Both the position numbers and the translations under genes were made by a program. 64,000 bases of DNA, taken from the NCBI RefSeq assembly GCF_008831285.2, contig NC_045138.2, positions 21,390,001 to 21,454,000 on the forward strand, read 5' to 3'. Below, in pieces: positions 1 to 11,990 of the stretch (its first letter is position 1; each line of letters begins with the position of its first letter). The stretch is from Nymphaea colorata (lineage: Eukaryota). The notes beneath the pieces are model-generated. The model saw only the letters and a list, made by a program, of their open reading frames with translations, made no database searches and was not told where the DNA came from.

Positions 1-2378
1 GCGCCACGTGTACGGTTGCACGTGAAGCGCCCTGCCGCCGGATCGCCCAGCCCTTCCGCCCCGATGTCATGCGTATGGTTCACGCAGTCGGAGCCCCTTT
101 CCGACCTTATATTTTTTTTTGCTAATTCCTTTTTTTTAATAAAAAAAATAAATTTTTAATAACCGAATCGGGCGTCATAAAATTTTAAACTTCGACAATT
201 ATTTTCTTTTATTGTCTTCCTATGAAAATAAAAAACCTCCAGAAATTTAAGATAAAAAAATAAGCATTTAAACTAAAATTTGTGAACGGTTTATCAGGGA
301 CCGCTACCTTTAGCAGAAGCTACTGGCTGTCTTCTTCTATTCACTAATAAGCAATGAGAGGTGACAATAACTAGTTTAAAATAAAATTCAAACACAAGTG
401 TTTAAAAAAGGTACACTCTTTTTAGTTTGAAGCTGGTTAGAATCAATTGAAAATTCTTGAACTTTGTTCTTTAATTTCGGCTTAGTTAAAGGTCTGATAC
501 CAATTGAAATTGAACCAGGATTTAGCCATATACTAGTCACTTGCCCCCGCCAATTAGCCTTCAATTCAATTGTTAGTATGTGGTTTTTAGGGTTTTTATT
601 TTTCAATATTATCATATATATATATATATATTAATGGTAAAAATTTGTGGTTGATTTTTCTTTACCAACAAAAATACATCCAACTTTTCCTTTTGACAAA
701 GGGAAGAGTGCCCATAGAAATCAAGCCGTAGTTACTCATACAAATCAAACGATAACCACCTCTGACAGGCAAGACTTTTGTCATCTTCGTATCTTGATTA
801 ATATTTTTCCAAACCGAGGCATGTACACCTAAGTTTTCCTTTTATTTTTATTTTTCCTTGCGCGAAAGGTTAACAAATAAAGCTGGGAAAGATTGCTTAG
901 TTCTGTGCGGACGAGCAGAAAACGAAGAAGGATTTTCTTAAGAAAATCCGGTGGAGCCCACGTTTGGTGGACGCAAATGCGGGTTGCTTTTTCCCACAGG
1001 AAGCGGTGCCGGTGCATCTTTTTTTCGCTCCCAATTCCCAAGGAACATCTTTCTCAGGAAACGCCTGCTCCATCTGCAGACTGTTGTCTTCGAGAGACGC
1101 AGGCCGTGACAAACACTCCGTTAAAAAGCCTTAAGCACGGACAAGCGAAAAAGCAACAGTAACGTTTTAGGTAACCCTGTTCTTTCTCCGCTCACCCACT
1201 TGTTCCGCCCGTCCACTCTCTTTCTACCTCTAACTCTAAGTTTTTTAGGTTTTTGAAATCTAGCTATGAATGTTAAATTGCTAATTAATTGAAAGCAAAA
1301 TACATTTATTTGATTCGTATCAACGCTAAATTACTAATTATTTGAAAGCAAATGACAAAATGTGTGACACTCTAGTTGACGACTGTCATGCTTTTCACGT
1401 ATAGATCCGATCAAAAAATTAAAGGAAAAGAAATTCATCATCTTCGAGCATTCATCTCAATGTGTGTGAAAGATCTATATATATAAGGGCAGAGCTAGGG
1501 GCCGACATGGGCCTTGACCCTTCCTTCAAACAAAAAATTACATGTAAATTTTAAAAAAATTATCTTATACGAAAATTTGAAATTTTATATCTCGGTCCTT
1601 ATTAAAATTTTGAAATTGTAAAAAATTCATCGCTTTGTCCTTGTAGATATACGTATATTTATATTTGAAAATTAAAAAAAGTAAGGAAATATTACAAAAA
1701 CATTTGCATCATGCCCTTGTTCACCGAAAGGAGAAAGAATTAAGATTGTTGGGAATAGGTTTTTGCTTGAAGGTGAATAAAGAATATAGCATGCATAATA
1801 TCCAGAACAAAACGTGTTTTGGAGTAGAAGTGAAGGAAATATAATTTATATTAAACGTGTTCCTCACAAGTGAACGATATGAACCCGTCTAAAAGGATAA
1901 CATTATCTTCAAAACATTATATTAAAAAAAAGGTGCATGACTTGACGTTTAAAACAAATGATTAAAAAAAAAATCCAGCTGTTTTTTGCTGGTTAATATC
2001 CTCAGTTGTTTAAATAGTTCTTCGTTTTCTTAACATTTTTAGAATCTCATTTTTTGGTGATAGGAAGGTCATCCTACCAAAGAAGAGTCCAAGCCACCTT
2101 TCTGTCTCTTCTTCTTAGGGTTCAAAGCTATTTCTACATGTTTCAATTTGTCCTTTTTTTCTTCAACTTTTTTGAACATTTATATTCTCTAATTTTTTTT
2201 TTGGCATGCTAATTTGTTTGTGCCAATTATACCACCAAAATTAGAAAAAAAATAAGCAAACTGGTATTTAGTCACTCAATAAACACAATGTGCTGCTTAT
2301 TATAAAATGTTCAGAAAATGTATAAAATTTCTATTACAAAGTATGTCCATGTTCACTAGACAATTTGTAGATAGTTTA

Positions 2379-2385
<7 letters not shown>

Positions 2386-2438
<53 letters not shown>
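2386..2438. repeat. (TA)n microsatellite
   Basis: Perfect TA run seen directly. Confidence 0.95.
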
Positions 2439-2441
<3 letters not shown>

Positions 2442-3900
2442 TAAAAGGTGAAAATATCTTAAAGGCAATAACATGCGGACTAGTACTATTAATATTCTCG
2501 ACCGAACTCACTTTTAGTAACATTCATCAACTTACTTTTTTTTTATATTATCCCTCTTTGTTTTATATCTGAAAAATTGAGATCAGCTGCCAACGATGTT
2601 TTCGGGTAGCCAAATATCGAAAATTTATATTGAAACTACAATAAAAATATAACTAAAAACAACACAAAAACTGAAAATTTCCCACAGATTGTAAATATTT
2701 GTCAATCCGGCAACATTCAGCCGGCTGATTTGATTCACCTTATATATATATATATGACAACTGGAAAAATGGCGTCGGAAAGGTGCTTGAACGTTATCTT
2801 TTAACATAAGGTTCCAGTTAATCCACGATCCCAGTTTTGACCTTTATCCTGTTAGATCCCATCACCGAACCATACCTGGTGCAGAAACTGTGGGTGCCAG
2901 TCCAATGATTTTTTTTTATTTTATTTTAAATAAATATCAAATCTTTCAAAAATAGTAAAATCGCATGTTATATAAAACTAATTAAAGTTTAAAATAACAA
3001 AAGCGCGAGAAACAACTGTCCGTTATTCGGCAGAACACCAATAAATTCCTTTAAAAAATCAAAATAAATCTTTTAAAAATGGTAAAACCGCTTATTCTAT
3101 ATAACTTAATAAAATTAATTAAATAAGGAACGACTCTCTTTCCTTCCCTGAGAAACGGGGAACCGTATTCCGAGTCTCTTTCGAGTCGGATCGGCTCACG
3201 AGGGGAACCGTTTTCGGGTCGCTGACTCGTCCCGAGCCGTGTAAGCTGTGGGCAAACTGACAGATTTAGTTGGTACTCCTGCTGAATTAGTGGGAGTTAC
3301 AGTCTCAGAGTCTCCTCGTTTCTCTCTCTTGCTTTCCTCTGTGATTTTTTTTGCTTGCGTAAAAAGAGAAGAACCATTTTACAGTGAGGAGGAAGAAGAA
3401 GGCGGAGGTTGATTTTTAATGGCATTTTTTTGCGCTTGCCATGATAATCATCAATAGAATATTATTTTATGATTACAGTCTTGACCCCCACTCTCCTCCC
3501 CCTTTCACCGCCATCTTTCTCCTCATTTATTATGTTGGACCAGAGGAGTAAGGACGGCCCCTCCTCGCCCTCTTCTACCTCCTTTCTCTCACTAGACTCA
3601 TCCCCTCCGCTTCCTCGCTCAGGCTCCACCATAAAAGAGGAATAACCATGGGGCTTGGCTTAATTCCTCTCTGAGAGTCCACCATCATCTTCATCAAAAC
3701 TCAAAAGCAACAGGAGGGGGGGAAAAACGGAGCTTTCTCCTCTTTGGTTGGTCTAAGTTCGGCATCATCACCCCTTCATTCTTTGCTTTGTCTCTGCAAA
3801 CCCCAACATCATCCCCACCCACCCACCAGAGGAAAAAGGCTGAAAAAAAAAGGAGGAGGGGAGAAAAAAGAAAAAGGGGGTGGGGGGGAGACAGAGAGCC

Positions 3901-4649
3901 ATGGACTTAAGCGTGGTGCCGTACGGGCAGATCTCACCGGAGGCGGAATGCGGGAAGGCGGAGCAGAACGGGGGGCTGGAATCGCCTCCACCGCGGCCGG
4001 CGCTGCCGCAGCAGCAGCTGGGGTTGAAGGGGAAGGTGCGGTACAGGGAGTGCTTGAAGAACCACGCGGCGTCGATCGGGGGGCACGCCAACGACGGGTG
4101 CGGGGAGTTCATGCCGGATGGGGAAGAGGGCAGCATCGAGGCGCTGAGGTGCGCGGCCTGCGGGTGCCACCGGAACTTCCACCGGAAGGAGGTGGCTGGG
4201 CGGGACTGGTACGCGGACGGGGTGATGGGGTGGGACCTAGGGGGGTCGAGGAAGAAGGTGGTGGCGCTGGGGCCGCATCTGCCTGCGCTGATGCCGCCAC
4301 CTCCCACGGCGGCCGCCGCCCCGGCAGGCGCGACGGGGCCGGGCGCGGATCCGTTGGGGGGATGGCGACGACGACGGCGGCGACGATGATGATGATGAGG
4401 GCGTCGCCGGAGGGAGGGGAGCAGTACTACTCGGCGGGGAGGAAGAGGTTCAGGACGAAGTTCACGCAGGAGCAGAAGGACAAGATGCTGGCCTTCGCGG
4501 ACAAGCTGGGGTGGCGCATCCAGAAGCACGACGACATGGAGCTGCAGCGGTTCTGCATGGAGGTCGGAGTGAAGCGGCACGTCCTCAAGGTCTGGATGCA
4601 CAACAACAAGAACACCTTGGGCAAGAAGCCCGAGCCCCTCACCGTCTGA
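3901..4649 (+). CDS. Zinc finger-homeodomain (ZF-HD/ZHD) transcription factor, intronless, interrupted by a 1-nt frameshift at about 4356-4361 (assembly error or real lesion)
   Basis: From ATG 3901 (GCCATGG), frame 1 encodes the ZF-HD dimerisation finger [26 protein letters not shown]...[17 protein letters not shown] and stops at 4389. Frame 3 encodes the ZF-HD homeodomain [32 protein letters not shown]...[20 protein letters not shown] to TGA 4649. One extra G in TTGGGGGGATG joins the two halves (LGG-MATTT). Confidence 0.93.
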
Positions 4650-5149
4650 TCTCCTCCATCTCTGCAACGGCTTCCTGCCTCTGATCATCAGCATCTTCGT
4701 GGCGGCCTTGCTGCTGATGGTGGTGGTGATCAATGGATGGACATTGAATCGATGGATGCGGCCCTCTCCCGCAGACTCAACCGAGACTCGGTTGAGGGTC
4801 GCGTGGTTTCGACTGTTATATACTGAATGCATCATCATCTGCATCCATCATCTCTTTTCTTTCATTCCTTCGTTTACTTTTCTTGTTTCGTCTTCTTCTT
4901 CTTCTTAGTTTTCTTGGACGAAAACAAAAGAGAACCATGAAAGATGAGGAACAAAAACGCAGATGGGAGGGGGAAGGGGAATTTGGAGTGTGTCATGTCG
5001 TCTGGTTTCTCTTGCCATGTATCTATAATATGGAGGAGCTGCTGGTGGTGTGAATTATCTGTGTCCGGTTTTCCTTGATTTGCATCGATCGGGTGTGTAG
5101 AAACTTGCATTTTGTTCTCTTGGTATGTTTGTCTGTGCCGGAGTTTCAT

Positions 5150-5400
5150 GGATCTCCCGCATCTCACTCTCTCCCTCTCCCTCTGGTTATCTATCAGAAG
5201 CAAAGCAGTGGATGGCTCTCTCTCTCTCTCTCTCTCGCTCTCTCTGTGGTTATTTATCAGAATGATACCAGTGGATCGGTCTCTCTCTCGCTCTCTGTGT
5301 GTTGTGTGATTATCAAGCCGGACAGAAGCAGTGAATGTAATATGTGTGCATGTTTGTCTCTCTCTCTCTTTCCTGATTATTGATCAGAACGGCAGTGAAA
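5150..5400. repeat. Degenerate ~60-bp minisatellite (about 4 units) built on (CT)n, downstream of the ZF-HD gene
   Basis: The unit (ct)n-gtggttat-tatcagaa...cagtg(g/a)at recurs at about 5181, 5241, 5293 and 5371. Confidence 0.55.
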
Positions 5401-7699
5401 CTATTATGTGTTGCTTCCATCTCCTCTCTTTCTCTTGCCATTCTGTAGTGATGGCAGACTGACAGCATTCAACAGCGACTTGATTGGATGGTAAGGTGGG
5501 AGAGGGCATGCTCCTCTCATGCTTCCTTTGTGTGTATATATATATTTATATATATTTCTTCTTGTCTTTCGCTCTTTCTTTTTCTTGGTTGAATGATGTC
5601 TGGTTAACATCATAGACGGTAGTTGGTAGAGAATGCCGTTTTGTCACAAACCCGTTCCGTTCCATCCCGTTGCCATGAAGGGTGATGTTGCTTGCCTCTT
5701 TCAAAAGCAACAGAAAAGTCCCTTATCGTCTTCTTCGCAATGTGGTTGGCTACAGCTGCAACAGAAGCAGCAGCCGCCATAGGTAGCGCCCCTCACAGAG
5801 ACACGATGCATGGCCGGAAGGAAAGGGAAGGACGACCGGGACCTCTCATTTGGGAGGGACCAAGAATCATATGCTCATATCCTGTCATCGTTGAAAACAA
5901 AGTCTCCCTTCCGTGCACCAAAACCTACACATAATTTGTCGGTTATATATATATATATATTATGTTGGTGGTGTATAAGCTTTCTACTGTATAAATGCGA
6001 GTTCGAAAACCTAAAGATCAATGATGAAAAGATTATGTTTGCAATTTATTGATTTTGAAACTTATCGTCTATATGCATAAAAAGTATGCGACCCGATTCT
6101 ATATAAATGTGTTGGAGTTTATGTCTATTCATGGCTGCTGCATTCGAGAAGACACCTTGGAGTGTGATGCATTGCAGTACTATGCATTGGTAATTTTCTT
6201 TTAAGCATTTAAGACCATGAAACCTTATGGTGGTACATCTGTTGGTGGTTGGACTTTAACTTCGAGGAAGGGAGCACAGCAAATATGTTTTACTCTTTAT
6301 GTTTCAGGGGCTACTCCTCCCGTTCAAAGGTCGAATTTATGGGACCATAATGGTGCCACAGTACAGTCTTTGATCTGTTTATTGCGTTTATGGAAAGAGA
6401 TTTAGGTTTCAATGTGTTCTTAAACCAAGAAACATGTAGCGACTGTCATAACACTAAATTTCTCGTATAAGAACAAAAGTTCTTTTCATAAGATCAATCT
6501 GAATCCGCACATGCCTTGTACTCAATTAGCAGTGATTACCTGTTGAGATTATATCTAAAAGATGACCAACTTGAATTAGAGCATGCCATGTATTAAATTG
6601 GCAATATTAGCATGTTGAGATTAGGTTTAGAATATATTTTAACATGAATGTTTAAGTAGTCTAGTTTTCCTCACTTACGTGGCTTGAGATGTGCCTATTC
6701 TCTCTCCCTCACTGTATGTATGTTGAACATAGATTTCTCCGCCGTCTTTCATCGGGCTGCGCGTATAAGAGGCTGGAGGATTTCATCTACTATACACATA
6801 TGGATGCATGAAAAATGTAAAATGTTTTGGTTAAACTGAAAGCATGTTATTCCAACTTCGTATAATTAGGTGGACGATTAAAAGAAACAGTGACTCGTGA
6901 TTGAGAACAGAGAGAGAGAGAGGTACAGTATGTTCTACGATTCGATTGGTTGTTTGGTGGATTTTGCTTCCGTTCTTTTTTATCCAAATCGCCAGAAAAT
7001 ACAAATTATGCAGGCAGAAGGGGAAGCAAAATACTGGAGATAAAATAATCTTCTGTATGGTTGATGGCAGGGTTGAGCCATTGACTGCTGCAGTGTATCC
7101 GTATATCCGGTAATCATCGTGTCCCTTTGCGTCATGATCATCGAGAACTGAATTCTGTCTTCTTTCCCGATAAAAGCTTTGAAATTCGAAAACTAACAAC
7201 CGGCAAAAAAAAGCAAAAGAAGGATCAAGTTTTGTCGTTTTAAAAGACTGGCAGAGAAGGGTTCTTCCTTCTGAGATGGAAGATTTACACTATGATCGTG
7301 AATGGTCCTTCTCGAAAGGATATCATCTTACAATTAGTTGAACTAATTTAAGAAACGACGCACGATGGATTACAAGTAACGCAAAATTAAGCCTGTTAGC
7401 ATCGTTGGCAAAAATTTTTTTGTTTTAATGGCTGCCTTCTTCTTCCAGTCTGGTCGAACTGCAAGCCTTTCTGTCATGCTCAAGCAATTTCTTGTTGCTT
7501 TACCTGCTAATAGCAACAGCACAGTCACTGTCTCAAAGGCTTTGCTTCGAAGACTGATGGTGCACTCAGCTTGCCTTCGAAGAGAAGAACATGCCCTTTC
7601 TTTCTTCACCTTCACCAATGAATGCCTATGCACCTTGGTCTTCTTCTCTGCTCCTTTACCTGTGCCCCTTTAAACGAAACAGTCAAAGCATGAATTTAC

Positions 7700-7733
<34 letters not shown>

Positions 7734-8554
7734 CTGCACTCTACTCCTATCATATATGTGCAATATTTTCCGCTTACCCTTTAGCAGAAAATTTCACTAA
7801 TCTCTCGATCTTCACAGTGATAATGCATAGATGGGTTGATCATGTACGAGACATTAATTGCAAATGAAGTCTGAGGTACGGTAGAAATTGCAGGCCGATT
7901 CACATTCAAAGCTTAAATGTTTCTGATTTCTGTCTCTAAGGACAGATAAAGTTAGATTGCATGCCTGAGTTTTTTCAGGAAATGTTTATATAAATGCAAG
8001 TGTTTCCCATTAATCTAAACTTTCTTTTAAAGCACCACCCAAGTTTTTGGAAAAGATCACAAATTTTCTCAATTGAATCGGTCCATTCAAATTGATTTGG
8101 ACTTTTTCCGATTCAGTACAGTATCGGCCGATTCAAGGAACACCTGTCTGGCTTATTTTCATGAATTTAATACTATTTTTTACGTTTTCCTTTTTGTTTT
8201 TTTTCTCTAAAACTTCATTCTATCTATGATATTTCGCATAAAAAGTACATATATTTAAGTTTTGCTTCCATTCACAATCTAGTTCACTTCCAATTAATTG
8301 ATTGAGCTGATTAATTCTCTGAATCCTTTTGCTGCAAGATTCATTTCAAAAACATTATTTGCAACACTATAAGAGCTCACTTCACATCTATGATTATTCA
8401 AAAGATTTTATGTCAAAAAGCAGCTACTTCTTCTCCCTCGTAATCTTCATCTGCCATTCTGCATATATATTATAAAAGGTCCAGCAACTGGACCACTTTG
8501 AATGGACATCATTTTATTACATGCCCCAAGAAGTTCATGTAGCTTATTGAACCC

Positions 8555-8671
8555 ATGGCTAGTGCGGCGCCAATCGTCAGTTTGATTTTCATAGGTATCA
8601 ACCAGATCGATTCAATGGCTAGTACGGCGCCAATAGTCAGTTCAATTTCCATAGGTATCAACCAGATCGAT
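8555..8671. repeat. Tandem duplication, 2 x 60 bp
   Basis: atggctagt(g/a)cggcgccaat...cataggtatcaaccagatcgat occurs at 8555 and 8615. Confidence 0.9.
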
Positions 8672-9250
8672 ACAAGACAAAGTAGACATAAAACCCTAGC
8701 GCAAGGACACTAAACATTAGGGTTCTACACTGCCAGGTGCGCGACAAAGTCTCGAAATCTAGAGGAATTGAAACCCATGAGCCTTTGATCAATGCATGGG
8801 CGCGGGCACCAACCTCAAGATCCATTCTGCAAAAAATAATTCATGAGGTGAAGCTTTTGATTTGTCCTTGAGGATCATTAATTTAATGTTGACCAAACAT
8901 AGAAAAATGCACCTAAACTTGTTGGTCTTACTAGGGGGAAAATAACATTCAGGCAAGTGAGTGGTTGTGACATTATTAGAGGCCAATAATATCAGGAGTA
9001 GGTACATTTTCTATGCCATTGAAGGCACTATACCTCTGCAGCATATGATCTCCAAAATCTTTCACAATGAGTGCCAAGATCTCAAGTTGGAACCCTTTTT
9101 CACCTTCTCTTTCACCAATCCCAAGTAAATTTTTGGTCGCGGACCCCAATAAAAAAAAAATGTGGGACCCACAGTGCCTTAGGCTCAGGTCCATGGATGG
9201 TTCCAAAAAGCTGCCTTGCTGTGGTGCTGCTCACTGTGCTTCTCTAAAAT

Positions 9251-9339
9251 TTGGGTTTATTGCCTCGGATCTTAAATTCATGGATTTGATCTAAAACTTG
9301 GGTTTATTGCCTCGGATCTTGGACTCATGGATTTGATCT
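9251..9339. repeat. Tandem duplication, 2 x ~47 bp
   Basis: ttgggtttattgcctcggatctt...tcatggatttgatct occurs twice. Confidence 0.85.
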
Positions 9340-9466
9340 CACATGCTTTTAGTGCAGGAATTCTTAATTCTAGAGCACCAATGTGTAATAAACTCAATTA
9401 TGTGTGTATATTAAATTTTTAAATAAAATAAAGTATGTGCCCACACAAACTCATGCTTAGTCCCCC

Positions 9467-9638
9467 CAAGGGCGGAGGCCCCACCCTAGCCAATTGAAAA
9501 AAAAAAATTATATTGAAAAAATTAAAAATTTTTAGTTGCATAATGTATTGTTTAGATTAGAATTCAGTTTCGCTCTACCTGAATCCAGAGGTTGGATTGT
9601 TTGGTTCGCTCCTAAAAAAAATCCCATCTCCGCCCCTG
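9467..9638. mobile_element. hAT-type MITE (172 bp) with a perfect 8-bp TSD
   Basis: TIRs are CAAGGGCGGAG / CTCCGCCCCTG. AGTCCCCC flanks the element at 9459-9466 and 9639-9646. The interior is AT-rich. Confidence 0.85.
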
Positions 9639-10159
9639 AGTCCCCCCAAGTACGTTTCCTGCTATGCTAGGAAAAATTGGCATTAAAATCCACGATTCGC
9701 TTCAAGTTGGACTTGGGAACTTCATTTAAGTCTTTTAGAGGAAGGGTTTGATCTTAAATGTACGGATTTATGGACGCTTAAGATATAAGATAATATGAAT
9801 TTCATTATTAGGAAAAACTAGTGACTACCATTTTGCTTTTTTGTTTTTTTTTTTCCAAAATCGCTAGTTATTTGTTTAGCATTTTTTTTTTGAAAAATTT
9901 TAGCCTGTCTTCTTGGTTTAAATCTTGCTTTTCTGAGTTTTTGGTGTCTACCACTTGTGGTCGGAATCTTTTTTTTGGCTTCGTAGCTCCTCTGTGTTCT
10001 TGGATGCTGATTCCTTTTTTATGTATATATTGGTTTTTTGGAAGAAAAAGGTTAGGACAGGGTTGTTGCGGAATAGTTGAAGAAGAAATATCCAGTCATA
10101 AGCCCTAATTATTGTAATACTGAACAGGTTCACCCACCAACAACTATAATTACAAAAGC

Positions 10160-10602
10160 TCCTTCAACTAAAACGGCTTGAGCTCGAGAATAGCTCATCA
10201 GAAGCAGCTCGACCTTGACTCGGCAGTTACTGTTGAGCTCGAGGTTGACTCGATTAAGGCTCGACAAACTTGTTTGGATATATGAACTATTACTTTGCCA
10301 TAAATCAAACTTGACTCAATTAAAGTCACAAACTTGAAGGAACTTTTGTAAAAACTTACATAATTAATTAACGTCAATATACCAGTTTTTTAATTAAAAA
10401 ATGAGTCGGATGTTTAAAAAATCGTTACACATCATTTTCGAGCAAAGTCCAGCTTTAACTGTTCGAGTTCAGTGACCTGAAACTCGACTCAATTATTTAA
10501 ACGAGTCGACTCATGAACTCGAGCTTGATTCGTTAAGCAAATGATTCGTCTTGAACTCGTTCATGAGCCAAGCTCGTGTAGCTCGACTCGTTGCTCACAT
10601 CT
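10160..10602. mobile_element. hAT-MITE family member (GAGCTCGA/CTCGACTCG-rich), an inverted relative of 52525-52950; left end eroded
   Basis: 10177-10270 is approximately the reverse complement of 52770-52865 (e.g. gactcgattaaggctcgacaaact vs agtttgtcgagccttaatcgagtc). The right end gctcacatcta resembles the TIR gttcaccccta. Confidence 0.75.
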
Positions 10603-11299
10603 ACTCCTGCCTGCAGAGTGCAGGCATGCCGCCCGACCCAATAACCCTACCGATCAGTGATTGGGGGGGAGCAGGCAGTCCCCTTTCTGCCAGTCGATGG
10701 CAGGCACACCATCCGACCCAATAAGCCCCACCAATTGGCGATTTGGGAGCTAAGTCACTGGACTCTTCTATTTTGCTGCCACACCGGAGTCCGCATCGAG
10801 TCGGGTGCGCACCGGACATGAGTGTGGCTTCGACTCACACCCGAGCGTTAGAATGCCATCTTACTAAACTATTTATATAATATCTGTTGTTTTGATATTT
10901 TTCTATGCAATACAATTATTCAAGTATGTTATATACATTAATAAGTAAATTGTAATAATATGCTTATTTTGTTACATATATAATAAATTAAAAAAATAAT
11001 AATAATAAAATATCCTAACCACACCTACATTTTTTGAGATGTGCACCCGCACCAGCACCGACAGCCTGGGTGACATAGTTTGGGAGAAGGGGGAGGGAGC
11101 GGTCGGTCGCCTTTCTGCCTAGTCATATACCGGTGTTCATAGGAATGATCACCAGTTTGGTCTGCTTTCTGCCGCTTGTGCAATAAAAACACCGTGGCGA
11201 AATATATCTACCTACTATTAGGAATGTCAATGTATCATATTCAAATCTTATGTGTCCTTAATTTACTATATTTATTGGATGATCGCACATTTATATTTG

Positions 11300-11990
11300 G
11301 ATGCATTTAGAAAAAAAAAATCTATACCATTTCCGAATCAGACTCTTAAATTCACAATCAAATTCAATTCAAAATTCACTTTCATATTCACATCCATATT
11401 GAATCTGAAATATTGGGTAATTTATTCAAAACTGAATCCAAATCCCAACATGACGGAATGTGATTTCTTAAAATCTAATCTAAGTAGATTCTTGAATGAA
11501 TGATAATTTTTTTTTTTCTGCATTTCTGACTTATTGAAACCAGCAATCTTATTCAAAGCAGTTTATTACCCAATCTAAATCCGATCCGTTGACATCGTTG
11601 CTATCTACCCCCCAGTTTAAGCCAACCTACCCCCCCCCATTCACAACCAAATCCAATCCAAAAGCCACATTTGAATTCAAAACCACATTCAATAATCCAA
11701 AAATTACATTTAAATTCACATCCACATTCAATCTGAAAACTTATGTGGATGTTAAAACCGGCTTTTGAAAAGTATGGATATTGGATAAAGAAAAATTGAA
11801 CTTGCCATATTGATATTTGTTATTTGTTTGGTTATTTATTTAAACCTGAATCCCAATCTAATTGGATGTTTTAAAATCAGATTTAACTAGATTTCTAGAT
11901 TTAATATTAAATTTGTTTCTCTATCTGGATTATCTTAAAAAGTTAATTAGTTGGATATCCAATTAAAATACGATCCATAGACATCTCTAC
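11300..11990. mobile_element. Degenerate AATCCA/GGAT-rich MITE remnants (probably two adjacent copies)
   Basis: Repeated aatccaaatcc/ggatattggat motifs, with similar termini ccgatccgttgacatcg (about 11581) and cgatccatagacatctcta (about 11971). Similar sequence occurs at about 25390-25575 and 52110-52360. Confidence 0.45.

Noticed and set aside
3744..4355. N-terminal 200 aa of the 301-aa frame-3 ORF as a real protein
   Set aside because: It has a non-ATG start and is an off-frame, Gly/Arg-rich reading of the zinc-finger region. Only the part after about 4362 is genuine.
4330..4400. Small intron or programmed ribosomal frameshift reconciling the ZF-HD frames
   Set aside because: There is no U-rich GT-AG intron of plausible size and no canonical X XXY YYZ slippery heptamer. 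A 1-nt indel is simpler.
3768..4844. 358-aa minus-strand ORF
   Set aside because: It is the antisense shadow of the GC-rich ZF-HD coding sequence, with low complexity and no recognisable domain.
5300..5530. miR156-like precursor (GACAGAAG / GCTCxTCTC fragments)
   Set aside because: No full mature miRNA sequence or extended hairpin. The matches arise from CT/GA repeats.
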